In this document: one piece after another, positions 28,330 through 37,724 of the stretch
How the letters are laid out: every line of letters starts with the position of its first letter
Numbering within the stretch: position 1 is the first letter of the stretch
Source: Verrucomicrobiia bacterium
Lineage (GTDB): Bacteria > Verrucomicrobiota > Verrucomicrobiia > Verrucomicrobiales > DEV007
Reading direction: 5' to 3'
Length of the DNA stretch: 64,000 nt
Assembly: GCA_020440025.1 (NCBI GenBank)
Contig: JAGROX010000003.1
Coordinates: 6,069-70,068 of the forward strand
The notes under the pieces: model-generated
Seen by the model: only the letters and a program-made list of their open reading frames with translations
The model's database searches: none
Told to the model about the DNA's origin: nothing
Program-made: the position numbers and the translations under genes

Positions 28330-28457
28330 GAACGAGCTGTCACGGCTTCGAATTTCAATAGCCAAAAAACAATTTTAAAAAATATTGTAATTATTGTTAA
28401 TTTAAATTAATTTCTCATTCTTGATGAAATTTCTGAAACCAAGATCGAAGCGATAGC
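28330..28457 (+). promoter_or_regulatory. AT-rich divergent promoter region (recQ / FadL-like-HK-T2SS block) containing a perfect 14-bp palindrome
   Basis: There is a sharp GC drop (...CAAAAAACAATTTTAAAAAATATTGTAATTATTGTTAATTTAAATTAATTTCTCATTC...) in an otherwise GC-rich window. TTAATTTAAATTAA at 28397-28410 is its own reverse complement. The region lies directly upstream of the GTG at 28458. No specific -35/-10 assignment is claimed. Confidence 0.4.
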
Positions 28458-29828
28458 GTGAATAAAGAGCGTAAAACATTCTCCCGTTTTGCCCGAGCTT
28501 TCTCCCTTCCGTGGCGGGCGGGAATGATCGTCGGTTTGGCAGTGCTGCTCCTTGCGAATTTTTCGTCAGCGAACGGTATCAATCGCAATGGTTCCGGGGC
28601 CCGCAGCATGGCCATGGGAGGCGCATCGGTTGCCGATCGAGATGACTATTTTGCTTCGATGGCGCTGAATCCTTCACTGCTCAGCTATGTCGATGGGGTT
28701 GATTTGTCCATCGGTGTGGTGGGAGCTCTCGCGGAGGGAACTTTCGATAATGGTTCCGATCGCCTGGGGTATCTGGATGATCGGGGTGGGGCATTTCCGG
28801 AAGTCGTCTTGCGGAGTTCACTGGGATCGAATCTGGGACTCGGTTTCTCTTTGGTCCCGGAGGAAATTCGAATTGCTGACTGGGTCTATGAGGACCTGCC
28901 GGGAGGCATCGATGGAGATACCTCCTATGGCAGTCGGACCCACCGGTCGGAGATTCTCGGGGTGCGAGCAGCAGTGGGACTGGGCTGGCAGGTGACGGAC
29001 ACGCTTTCCATCGGTGTGTCAGGTGGAGCGGTCTACAATCAGAACCGTCTAAAAGCTCCCTACATTTTTCAGAGTCATCCGGCGCTGGCGGGCTTCAAAA
29101 CGTTACTCGACTTGGAGACGGACGGCGTCGGGTTGAATGGTGATATCGGTCTGACATGGGAGGTGACGAAATCCCTCACCGTGGGGCTTTCCTATCGGAC
29201 GCCTACCCGGATTTCGACAGAAGGGACGGCGCGCGGAGACATCGGTGAGCAACTGGCTTCATTGGGCCTGGATCAGGTGCCTTCGACTTTTGCCTATCGT
29301 GCGGAAGTGGAGAATGAGTTTCCCCAGTCAGCGACGGGAGGGATCTCCTGGCAGGTGACGGAAAAGACCCGAGTCGCATTTCAGGTCGACTGGATTGGCT
29401 GGGAGCGAGCTTTTGACAATCTGACGGTGAATCTGAGCGATGGAACCAACGAGTCGATCAATGGGCTACTCGGAAGCGACGAAATCGTGGACAGCGTGCC
29501 TTTGGACTGGGACGATCAGTTCGTCTATCGAGCCGGTATCGAGCATCGATTGAGCGAAGAATGGGCGCTCCGCCTCGGCTACTCCTACGGGAAAGCGCCG
29601 ATGCCGACGAGCACCACGACGCCAATGACGGCCGCCATCTCCGAGCATACGGTGGGGGTGGGAGTTGGCTACGCGAGGGGGCCCTATCGGGTGGATCTCA
29701 GCTATCAATGGGACCTGCCAGCGACTCAGCAGCTTTCGGATAGTCGGATCCTTTCTGGCGAATACAAGAACTCCAAGGTGGGATTGGAAGCCCACTGGTT
29801 GGCACTGACCGTTGGTTATGACTTTTGA
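28458..29828 (+). CDS. FadL/OmpP1/TodX-family outer-membrane transport protein
   Basis: Leader ...AGMIVGLAVLLLANFSSANG, followed by GSGARSMAMGGASVA...NPSLL, typical of FadL-like barrels. It ends ...LALTVGYDF. GTG start; an alternative ATG lies at 28524. Confidence 0.75.
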   Translation: MNKERKTFSRFARAFSLPWRAGMIVGLAVLLLANFSSANGINRNGSGARSMAMGGASVADRDDYFASMALNPSLLSYVDGVDLSIGVVGALAEGTFDNGSDRLGYLDDRGGAFPEVVLRSSLGSNLGLGFSLVPEEIRIADWVYEDLPGGIDGDTSYGSRTHRSEILGVRAAVGLGWQVTDTLSIGVSGGAVYNQNRLKAPYIFQSHPALAGFKTLLDLETDGVGLNGDIGLTWEVTKSLTVGLSYRTPTRISTEGTARGDIGEQLASLGLDQVPSTFAYRAEVENEFPQSATGGISWQVTEKTRVAFQVDWIGWERAFDNLTVNLSDGTNESINGLLGSDEIVDSVPLDWDDQFVYRAGIEHRLSEEWALRLGYSYGKAPMPTSTTTPMTAAISEHTVGVGVGYARGPYRVDLSYQWDLPATQQLSDSRILSGEYKNSKVGLEAHWLALTVGYDF

Positions 29829-31269
29829 CTTCGAGTCAGGGACGTTCAAGTCCGAGGAGATCGAGGCCGAAGAGTGCATTCCTTCGGAGCTCGATTCTGT
29901 CGTTGAGCCGGAGACTTGGTGGGATCGCTATGTGCCGGTCTCGATGCGGAGCGATCCCGAGCTGAATCGACGCGCCAGGTTGCAGGTGAGGTTTGGTTTT
30001 CTGGGAGCCCTATTCGGGGCCCTTTACGCCGCATTCTATTTTCTGATCGGGCACAATTATGGCGGTATCTTCATTCTGATCTGTAGCCTCTCGGTGGCGA
30101 TGATTCCTCGGATCCTGCTGAAATTTCAGCGACTGGGGCTCACGGGCCATCTTTTTGCTGCCGTGTTGCTGGTTGGCTTCGGTGGACTCTGCCTCGTGGA
30201 AGGAGGGATGAAAGGGCACGCGATTGCCTGGTTGGCGAGTATTCCTCTGTGCGTGCTGCTGCTGGTGGAGCAGCGTGGCGCGATCATTTGGACCGTGCTT
30301 TGTAGTGTGGTGGCTTCGGCTTTTGGCCTGCTGCACATGAACGGTGTCACCTTTCCGACGACCTATCCCGAAAAATGGGGACCGGCGATCGATGCTGCCG
30401 GATATGCCGGGTTGGTTCCTTTCATGGCCATTCTTGGACTGATCTTCGAAATCACTCGCCGCAAGGCCTTTGATCGGCTTCAAAAAACTCTGAATGAGCT
30501 TTCATCGGCAAATGAGCGCCTAGTGAGATTGAACGAGGACAAAAACGAATTCCTCAATATTGCCGCCCACGATCTCAAGAATCCGTTGAGTGTGATCAGT
30601 GGATACGCGGGACTCATTCAGATGACGGATCCTCTAGATCCCAAGGTGGTGAAAGATCAGACCAAAGAGATTCTCGGATCGGCCAACCGAATGCTTGATA
30701 TCATCAGTAATCTTCTCGATACGCGGGCAATCGAGGATGGAAAACTGAAGCTCAAAGCCGAGCGTTGTCCTTTTGAACCCTTGGTAGAGGTTTTGGTTCG
30801 CGACTATGCCAATGCGGCAGCAGCCAAGCAGATCTCGGTAACGGTTCAAGGGGATGCCGATGATGTCATCTCCTGTTCAGACCGGGTAGCCACCCATCAG
30901 ATCCTGGACAATCTCTTCTCGAACGCGATCAAATACTCTCCTCCGGGAAGCAGCGTTTCGCTGTCACTGAGGAAAGATGACTCTGAATCGGTCGTGATTG
31001 ATGTCATCGATGAGGGACCAGGATTGAGTGATCAGGATCAGGCGAAGCTTTTCCAGAAATTCTCTCGCCTGACCCCGCAGCCGACGGGAGGAGAGAGTTC
31101 CAATGGATTGGGACTCTGGATCGTTCATCGTATGGCTCAGGGAATGAAGGGTGAGGTTGCCTGCCACAGCAAGCTGGGAGAGGGATCGACCTTTTCACTG
31201 AAGCTCCCTGTCTGGTCGGGCGATGATTCCGATGACGAATTGGTGGGGGAAATCGCGCTGGTTTCCTGA
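29818..31269 (+). CDS. Membrane sensor histidine kinase (multi-TM sensor, HisKA + HATPase_c), no adjacent response regulator
   Basis: About 6 TM helices in aa 60-220. H-box FLNIAAHDLKNPL, N-box LDNLFSNAIKYSP, G1 VIDEGPGL, G2 GGESSNGLGLWIV. The start is ATG 29818 or TTG 29812, overlapping the FadL-like stop. Confidence 0.85.
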   Translation: MTFDFESGTFKSEEIEAEECIPSELDSVVEPETWWDRYVPVSMRSDPELNRRARLQVRFGFLGALFGALYAAFYFLIGHNYGGIFILICSLSVAMIPRILLKFQRLGLTGHLFAAVLLVGFGGLCLVEGGMKGHAIAWLASIPLCVLLLVEQRGAIIWTVLCSVVASAFGLLHMNGVTFPTTYPEKWGPAIDAAGYAGLVPFMAILGLIFEITRRKAFDRLQKTLNELSSANERLVRLNEDKNEFLNIAAHDLKNPLSVISGYAGLIQMTDPLDPKVVKDQTKEILGSANRMLDIISNLLDTRAIEDGKLKLKAERCPFEPLVEVLVRDYANAAAAKQISVTVQGDADDVISCSDRVATHQILDNLFSNAIKYSPPGSSVSLSLRKDDSESVVIDVIDEGPGLSDQDQAKLFQKFSRLTPQPTGGESSNGLGLWIVHRMAQGMKGEVACHSKLGEGSTFSLKLPVWSGDDSDDELVGEIALVS

Positions 31270-31375
31270 GTCTCCATACCTCTGGTTCGATCTTGCCCGT
31301 TTGCAGGGGCCCAGATGCGGTAATGCAACGAAAGAAAAGTAACCTCTCCGTCACGTATCCAGGGTTCCACCGGAC

Positions 31376-33196
31376 TTGACGAAGAGGGCGAAGCCGGGGA
31401 AGCTGAGGTTCGTGAAAGGTGGCGGCATAGCGGAAGAGATTCTGACGGCGGCCGGGAAGGCGGGTTGCACCGATCCCGGGGCGTTGCGTGATGTCGTGGA
31501 GGAGTCCCTGGCCGGGAATCTGGAACTGATCGACCGCATTCTCGATTCCGATCTGGTCGAGGATGAGGCCTTTCTCAAAGTGCTTGGCGAACAGTTGGGA
31601 CTCAGCTGGGAGGGCGATCCCGAGCCGGACACCAATGATGCCAGGGAGCTGAAGCAACTTTGCGGGCCGCAGGTCAGTATTCGGAATCTTCTCCTGCCGC
31701 TGCGATTGGAGCGCCCCGATGAAAAGGCAGACCCTACGGCGATCGTGATCGCTACCTACGATCCGTTCGGAATCCATCGCCGCCGGGCGATCTATCAATC
31801 GGTTGACCTGCCCATCCATTGGGTGATCGCCTCTCGGCGTCAGGTCATTGCCGGGATCCAGAATTTTTTCGGGGTAGGGGCTGACACCTTTGAGGAGGTC
31901 CTGGCGAATCGCGACCTCGACGGATCTGACGCGGAGATTCAGGAAGAGGTCAATGTGATCGACGACAACGACACCGAGGCCTCAGTGGTGAAGTTCGTGA
32001 ATCAGATCCTCAAGGAAGCTCTGGCGCGTCGGGCCACTGATATTCACGTCGAGCCGCTGTCGGCTGATTTGCGGGTTCGCTATCGGATTGATGGGGTGCT
32101 GCAGCGGGTGGCGGTGCCGGAGAAGATCAAGGATTTGCAGGCATCTGTGATTGCTCGGCTCAAAGTGATGTCGGGGCTAGATATTGCCGAGAAACGTCTG
32201 CCGCAGGACGGGCGCATCCATTTGCGCCTCGAAGGGCAACCCATCGATGTCCGTGTCGCGACCATCCCCGGTATCGAAGGCGAAAGCATCAGTCTGCGTC
32301 TGTTGGGACAGGAGAAATTCAATCTTGAGCGGCTGGGGATGTTGCCGCACATCCGTCATGACGTGGACGAAATCCTTCAGCGTCCCAACGGCATCATGCT
32401 GGTGACAGGGCCGACGGGTTGCGGAAAATCGACATCGCTCTACTGCTTTCTCGCGGTGCTCAACGACGAATCACGACGCATCGTGACCATTGAGGATCCG
32501 GTGGAAAACAAGATGGAGGGTGTGGTCCAGATCGCGGTCAAGCCCGAGATCAATCTCACCTTTGCCGGTGGTCTTCGCAGCATTCTCCGTGGTGATCCCA
32601 ATGTGGTCATGGTGGGGGAGATTCGTGACCTTGAGACCGCCGAGATCGCGATTCGGGCGGCTTTGACCGGTCACTTGGTTTTTAGCACCCTGCATACGAA
32701 TGATGCCATTGGCGGCATCGCCCGGCTGGTCGACATGGGGGTGGAACCATTTCTGGTAACGGCGGCGGTGCGCGGATTCATGGCCCAGCGACTGGTGCGT
32801 CGTCTGTGCAAAGAGTGCCGCCAACCCGCCAGTCACGGTGACGATTACCTGAAATCCTGTGGTTTTCCCCATGAGCTGCTTGGGAGGCACGCTCTCTACG
32901 AGGCCAAGGTGGGCGGTTGTGAGGCCTGTGGGAGGACGGGATATCGGGGACGACTGGCGATCTATGAGCTTTGCCGGATGACGCCGAAGCTGCAGGAGTT
33001 GATCGTTCGTGGCGGCACGCGCGCGGACATCCAGCGTCAGACCATGCTCGACGGTTTTCGCTCGATGAGAGACTATGGCTGGGAAAAGGTCGCCGAAGGC
33101 GAGACAACGGTAGCAGAAGTCGTCTCGGTGACGGAAGAAGCTCATGAAACAGACAACGAACAGGTTGTGGTCCCCGCTGTCGTGGGAGCTAGCTGA
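31376..33196 (+). CDS. gspE: Type II secretion / type IV pilus assembly ATPase (GspE/PilB family)
   Basis: T2SSE N-terminal-like region, Walker A GPTGCGKST, Asp box, Walker B VMVGEIRD, His box TGHLVFSTLHTND and a tetracysteine CKEC...CEACGRTGYRGR. The start is uncertain (TTG 31376 or GTG 31412); there is no upstream ATG. Confidence 0.9.
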   Translation: MTKRAKPGKLRFVKGGGIAEEILTAAGKAGCTDPGALRDVVEESLAGNLELIDRILDSDLVEDEAFLKVLGEQLGLSWEGDPEPDTNDARELKQLCGPQVSIRNLLLPLRLERPDEKADPTAIVIATYDPFGIHRRRAIYQSVDLPIHWVIASRRQVIAGIQNFFGVGADTFEEVLANRDLDGSDAEIQEEVNVIDDNDTEASVVKFVNQILKEALARRATDIHVEPLSADLRVRYRIDGVLQRVAVPEKIKDLQASVIARLKVMSGLDIAEKRLPQDGRIHLRLEGQPIDVRVATIPGIEGESISLRLLGQEKFNLERLGMLPHIRHDVDEILQRPNGIMLVTGPTGCGKSTSLYCFLAVLNDESRRIVTIEDPVENKMEGVVQIAVKPEINLTFAGGLRSILRGDPNVVMVGEIRDLETAEIAIRAALTGHLVFSTLHTNDAIGGIARLVDMGVEPFLVTAAVRGFMAQRLVRRLCKECRQPASHGDDYLKSCGFPHELLGRHALYEAKVGGCEACGRTGYRGRLAIYELCRMTPKLQELIVRGGTRADIQRQTMLDGFRSMRDYGWEKVAEGETTVAEVVSVTEEAHETDNEQVVVPAVVGAS

Positions 33197-33227
33197 CGGA
33201 AACCTGTTTTGAAACCAAGCGCCACAC

Positions 33228-34502
33228 GTGCCCGAGTTTTCCTATAAAGCCCTGCGAAACGACGGATCTGTCGTCGAAGGCACGGTGTCAGCGAAAGATC
33301 GCCAGGAGGCGAATCGAAAACTGACTCATGCCGGGATGCAGCCGTATCAAGTATCGGAGGCGGGAGCGAGTTCGGGATCGAAATCGAAAAAGTCGGGGGC
33401 AAATTCCGTGAAACCGCCTGCGGCAAAGTCCGGTGGTCTTCCGAAGAGTTCGAGTCGGCTGAAACTTTCCACCAATCAGGTGATCTATTTCACCGAGGAG
33501 TTGAGTGATCTGCTGACCGCAGGCGTGCAGTTGGAACCCGCGCTCAAGATGATGGAGGGCCGGGACGCGGCCGGTCCGATTCGCGAGGTGACGGTGAGAA
33601 TTCGAGAGCAGGTGCGCGATGGCGTTTCTCTCTCTCGGGCGATGGCGGTGGCATCGCCGAGCTTTGGACCGCTATACTGCAATCTCGTCGCGGCAGGAGA
33701 GGCGGGTGGGGCGCTGGCTGATATTCTCAGGCGGCAGATCAGCTACCTGACGACGCTCGCCGAGTTGCGATCGAAAGTCGTGACGGCGATGATCTACCCC
33801 GCCTTTCTTTTCTTCGTCGGCGCGCTGGTGACCGTCTTCTTCATCAGCTTTCTGATGCCTCGCTTGATCAAGCTGGTTCAGTCCAATGGCGGCGAAGTGC
33901 CCATGATGGTGAAGATTCTCATCGCCACCACCGGGTTTTTGAAGAGTTGGTGGTGGTTGCTGCTGTTGGGGGTGATCATTTGCGTGGTGCTGTTCTTTGC
34001 GATCACGCGCAATCCCCGTTATCGACCGGGTTGGGATCGCTTTCGGCTCAAGATTCCGCTTTTCGGCAACCTCCAGTTGAGGCGATTTCACGTCCAGTTT
34101 CTTGAGACGCTTTCCAATCTGCTGGGAAATGGCATGTCGCTCATCAACAGCCTGCAACTCTGCCGAGGCAGTGCCGAGAACCTCTATTTGCAGGCTCAGT
34201 TGACCCAGGTGGGTGAACAGGTGGCCGATGGTGCCTCGCTCCACCGTTCGATGGAGAAAGCGGGCGTTTTCCCCACGAATCTGATCGACATGATTCGTGT
34301 CGGCGAGCAGACCGGGCAGCTTACCGAATCTCTCGCCAAGGCAGGCAATCGACTCGACAGGGATCTGAACCGCAGCGTGGAGCGCATCAGCGCCTTCATT
34401 CAACCCGTCATCATCGTGATGATGGCAGGAGTGGTCGGAACCATGGCGGTGCTGATGGTGAGTGTGATTCAAGACACCATATCGATGTTGCAGTCGCGAT
34501 GA
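33228..34502 (+). CDS. gspF: Type II secretion platform protein (GspF/PilC family)
   Basis: MPEFSYKALRNDGSVVEGTVSAKDRQEA is a classical GspF N-terminus. It has two T2SSF repeats and 3 TM helices. GTG start. Confidence 0.9.
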   Translation: MPEFSYKALRNDGSVVEGTVSAKDRQEANRKLTHAGMQPYQVSEAGASSGSKSKKSGANSVKPPAAKSGGLPKSSSRLKLSTNQVIYFTEELSDLLTAGVQLEPALKMMEGRDAAGPIREVTVRIREQVRDGVSLSRAMAVASPSFGPLYCNLVAAGEAGGALADILRRQISYLTTLAELRSKVVTAMIYPAFLFFVGALVTVFFISFLMPRLIKLVQSNGGEVPMMVKILIATTGFLKSWWWLLLLGVIICVVLFFAITRNPRYRPGWDRFRLKIPLFGNLQLRRFHVQFLETLSNLLGNGMSLINSLQLCRGSAENLYLQAQLTQVGEQVADGASLHRSMEKAGVFPTNLIDMIRVGEQTGQLTESLAKAGNRLDRDLNRSVERISAFIQPVIIVMMAGVVGTMAVLMVSVIQDTISMLQSR

Positions 34503-34532
34503 CGAAACGATAAATTTCCTACCCGAATAATC

Positions 34533-34967
34533 ATGAAGACAAACCAGAAAACTCGTAGTGCGCAGGCTCGCGGTTACACCTTGATGGAGATGCTCTTGGT
34601 CTTGGGGATCATCGGGCTCCTCCTCGGACTCGGAGTCTACTCGATGGTGGGCGTGCTGGGTGATGCCGACGATAGCAAGGTGAGAGCCGACATTCAGAAT
34701 TTCCACGCCAACCTCATTCGATACAAAACCAAGGCGGGCATCTACCCGACCACGGAGCAGGGCTTGGAAGCCTTGGTGAAGCGTCCCAGCAGTGGTCCGG
34801 CACCGAGGGCTTGGAAACAGTTCCTCAAGGAATCTGCCCTCGTTGATCCCTGGTCGAAACCCTATCAATATCGCTACCCCGGAAAGCACAATCCTGACAG
34901 CTACGACATCTTCAGCTTCGGCATGGATGGTCAGGAAGGAACCGAGGACGATATTGGAAACTGGTAG
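34533..34967 (+). CDS. gspG: Major pseudopilin (GspG family)
   Basis: Prepilin leader ...QARG/YTLMEMLLVLGIIGLL with Glu at +5. The GspG core is VRADIQNF..AL..YK...G.YPT.EQGL.ALV......W........DPW..PYQY..PG.....YDI.S.G.DG..GT.DDI.NW. Confidence 0.9.
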   Translation: MKTNQKTRSAQARGYTLMEMLLVLGIIGLLLGLGVYSMVGVLGDADDSKVRADIQNFHANLIRYKTKAGIYPTTEQGLEALVKRPSSGPAPRAWKQFLKESALVDPWSKPYQYRYPGKHNPDSYDIFSFGMDGQEGTEDDIGNW

Positions 34968-34995
34968 TCTCAGGACAGCCTTTGCCTCCGAAGGA

Positions 34996-35532
34996 ATGAG
35001 ACTCGCTTGGCAAAATCGAGGCTCAGTTGTCGGTGCCAAGCGGCGGAGCTCCAAGGGGTTTACCCTGATGGAGATGATCGTCGTGCTGGCGATCATCGTG
35101 CTGATGACCGGCTTCTTCGCGATGAGCTTCGATGAGTCTCCAGTCGAGCGACTCCTCTCACCGGTCGCTCAGGATCTGAAAAAATTGAGTCGGCAAGCGG
35201 TGACGGAAGCGGCGGCCTACCGCGAGGACTATGCCATCCTGATGACGCCCGGTCAGTTGCAGCTGGTTCGGGGACAGGGAGCGGGAGCAGGAGGCGCGGT
35301 ATCACTGGAGATCGAGGAAACGTTGACAATCCCCGCAGGAGCTACGGTCACCGCGAAGTGGCCGGGGGATGACAATTGGCAACCTGTGGATGGTCAGGCG
35401 TGGCTGATTCGTTCCGGAGGATTGTGCGAGCCGCTGATCGTTCGGCTTGGCTCGACGCAAGGCAACGCGTTTATCGAACTGGCTTTTGATCCCCTGACAG
35501 GCATGGCGGAGGAGCAGAGTTATTTTCCATGA
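34996..35532 (+). CDS. Minor pseudopilin (GspH-like by position)
   Basis: I chose the ATG at 34996. Prepilin motif ...SSKG/FTLMEMIVVLAIIVLMTG with Glu +5. 178 aa. Confidence 0.7.
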   Translation: MRLAWQNRGSVVGAKRRSSKGFTLMEMIVVLAIIVLMTGFFAMSFDESPVERLLSPVAQDLKKLSRQAVTEAAAYREDYAILMTPGQLQLVRGQGAGAGGAVSLEIEETLTIPAGATVTAKWPGDDNWQPVDGQAWLIRSGGLCEPLIVRLGSTQGNAFIELAFDPLTGMAEEQSYFP

Positions 35533-35984
35533 GAACTCCCGCCCGATATCGACGAAAGGTGAGCGCCTTTTCACTGTTGGAAGTGATTCTGGCTCTCGGC
35601 GTTTTCGCGGTGGCAGGGGTGAGCTTGATGGTTGCGCTGAATGATATTGCAAAAGCTTCCACCGAATCGGTCGATGAGGCTCGGGTCACCAGTCAATTGC
35701 GCACGCTGCTGACCTATTACAGCCGCCAACCCAGGATCGAACCATTTGAGAAAATCGATAGTCCCTCGCGATTGATGGGGTTTCCGGATGAGTTGCCCGA
35801 TTCGAGCGGCATCGCCTATCGCGTTCTGGTGGAGCCGGCCGAATTCACCACCGCCAAAGGAGAGAAACTCAATGACATGTTTCGCATCGAGATCACCGCA
35901 CTTCGAAAGCTCCCGGGAAGCGGCGAAGAAGTGATCGAGAAAGCAGAGACCCTCCGCTACGGACAGTTCAACCTTGGTCGATGA
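35529..35984 (+). CDS. Minor pseudopilin (GspI-like by position)
   Basis: N-terminus ...KVSA/FSLLEVILALGVFAVAG is a prepilin-type methylation motif with Ala at -1. It overlaps the upstream stop by 4 nt. Confidence 0.65.
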   Translation: MRTPARYRRKVSAFSLLEVILALGVFAVAGVSLMVALNDIAKASTESVDEARVTSQLRTLLTYYSRQPRIEPFEKIDSPSRLMGFPDELPDSSGIAYRVLVEPAEFTTAKGEKLNDMFRIEITALRKLPGSGEEVIEKAETLRYGQFNLGR

Positions 35985-36763
35985 TGCGGAGAACACGGTA
36001 CAGATTCTCCCGGCATCGGGGAAGCCTCCACGGGTTCACCATCATGGAGCTGTCGGTGGCGCTCGCGGTGATGGTGATCCTCACGGCCGGCATCTTCACG
36101 CTGGCATCTGGTGGGCTGGAGTTGCTCAATGATGTCCAGGATCTGCAGCAGCGGGAAACCCGGAAGCGGCGATTTGTCGAGCTCTGTCGTCAGAATCTCG
36201 AATCCCTGCCGGCTGGCGCAGAAGTGTCTTTTTCCTATGAACCTCGCGGAGGTCACTACGACACCTATCTCTCGGTGCGGCATGCGCCATCGGCTTTCGG
36301 TTTCGGGCGGGGGGATTTTGAGGTGCAAAGAGTGGTGATCGCCGCAGAGGTCGATTCCAGCGGTTTTATCAGAGCCAGCATCTACTATCTCGATGCGGAG
36401 GCGGACGATCGCTATGAGCGCGGGGACATGAGCAGTCTCGATTCCCGATCTCTTCAATTGATGAGGCGGCTTCGACAGTTGAGCTGGAACTTTTACGACA
36501 GCTCGCGCCTTGAGTGGGTCGATGTTCTGCCCAAGGGATCGAACAATCCGAGCATGATCGCATTGACCGTTGCCGGTGAGGGCGAGCCGGAGCCGGTGCG
36601 CGCGGTTTTTTGGGTTCCTGCCCGTCAAATCGAGGATCCTCCTCAAGGTGCCCCCGCGTCACCCAACGGGAACGAGGGAGCAAATCAGCCACCCGCAGAA
36701 GCCGACGGGCAAGGTCAGCCCGCTCCGACCGAAGAATCTGCGAGCGAGGCGCCGGTTCGCTGA
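35981..36763 (+). CDS. Minor pseudopilin (GspJ-like by position)
   Basis: ...SLHG/FTIMELSVALAVMVILTAG is a prepilin motif with Glu +5. It overlaps the upstream stop by 4 nt and has an acidic/Pro-rich C-terminal tail. Confidence 0.65.
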   Translation: MMRRTRYRFSRHRGSLHGFTIMELSVALAVMVILTAGIFTLASGGLELLNDVQDLQQRETRKRRFVELCRQNLESLPAGAEVSFSYEPRGGHYDTYLSVRHAPSAFGFGRGDFEVQRVVIAAEVDSSGFIRASIYYLDAEADDRYERGDMSSLDSRSLQLMRRLRQLSWNFYDSSRLEWVDVLPKGSNNPSMIALTVAGEGEPEPVRAVFWVPARQIEDPPQGAPASPNGNEGANQPPAEADGQGQPAPTEESASEAPVR

Positions 36764-36770
36764 AACAGCC

Positions 36771-37724
36771 ATGCATTTACCACCTTCCACCGCCAGAGTT
36801 GACCTTCGCCAGAATCGGCGGGCCTCCGCGTTGTTGGCGGTCTATTGGGTCATCGCGATCCTGAGCATGGCGCTCTTTACCGGGGCACAGTTTCTCCTCG
36901 TCGAACTGGAGACACAGGGAAACACCTCGCTCGAGTTCCGCGCCGAGCAACTCGCCGATGCTGGAGTCGCTCTGGCGATGCATCCAAAGATGGAGCGTTG
37001 GGACCCACTCTTGCGCCAGCGAACCGGACCGACGGAAGGCTTCGAAGCAAGCATCATCAGTGAAGGGGCTCGCCTCAATCCGAATGTCCTCGCCATCAGC
37101 GAAGGCGGCCGACGGGTGTTGACCGATCTCTTCATGGAGTTTGGACTCAGTGAATTCGATAGCCAGTCTCTCTCAGCCGCCATGGCCGACTGGGTGGATC
37201 GTGACAGCGACGAGACTCCGCTGGGTGCCGAGGGAGAGTATTACCGCAGCAAGGGATGGCGCGGAATCCCTTTCAATCGACCTTTTCGCGATCTGGAGGA
37301 AATGGTTTATGTCCGCGGCTTCGACGAAGTGGCGGTGAGATATCCGGGGTGGCGGGATGTCTTTACTCTCTGGAGCGCTGGAAAACTCGATCTCAACGAT
37401 GCGCCGGCCGAACTCATCTCTCTGGTTTGTGCCTGTCCTCCTGGAAATGCGAGTCGCTTCGTCAAAGTTCGGGCTGGCCGGGATGGGATTGCCGGCACCG
37501 AAGACGACGTGAAATTTGAGTCCGTGAGTCAGGCTTTGGATGTGCTGGGACTGCAGGGAGAGGTCAAACAGTTGGTTGAAAACCTGGTCTCCGTTGACGA
37601 TGCTACTGCCCGTCTCATCTCAGTGGGCAAGATCGGAGATATCCTGATCGAGCGCACTGTCGTGGTTCGGGACCGAAACGAGAATCCCTCCTTTGTGGAG
37701 GTGCGAACACGCAGACTGAGGTGA
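36771..37724 (+). CDS. GspK-like pseudopilin
   Basis: I chose the ATG at 36771. The hydrophobic N-terminus ASALLAVYWVIAILSMALFTG lacks Glu +5, as in GspK. The GKLDLNDAPAELI block resembles the GspK helix-hairpin-helix region. Confidence 0.6.
   Translation: MHLPPSTARVDLRQNRRASALLAVYWVIAILSMALFTGAQFLLVELETQGNTSLEFRAEQLADAGVALAMHPKMERWDPLLRQRTGPTEGFEASIISEGARLNPNVLAISEGGRRVLTDLFMEFGLSEFDSQSLSAAMADWVDRDSDETPLGAEGEYYRSKGWRGIPFNRPFRDLEEMVYVRGFDEVAVRYPGWRDVFTLWSAGKLDLNDAPAELISLVCACPPGNASRFVKVRAGRDGIAGTEDDVKFESVSQALDVLGLQGEVKQLVENLVSVDDATARLISVGKIGDILIERTVVVRDRNENPSFVEVRTRRLR

Noticed and set aside
33672-35096. Long ORFs antisense to confidently assigned genes. Examples: 33672..35096(-) 474 aa, 40573..42213(+) 546 aa, 60747..62051(+) 434 aa, 18230..19336(+) 368 aa, 12392..13459(+) 355 aa, 23899..24948(+) 349 aa, 19508..20452(+) 314 aa, 22102..23028(+) 308 aa, 39421..40245(-) 274 aa, 31004..31819(-) 271 aa, 51363..52160(+), 57540..58328(+), 8681..9406(+) and 35957..36646(-).
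   Set aside because: These are typical high-GC shadow ORFs. Their translations are Arg/Gly/Ala/Pro-rich with no motifs. Each lies fully inside a gene on the other strand that has strong family signatures.
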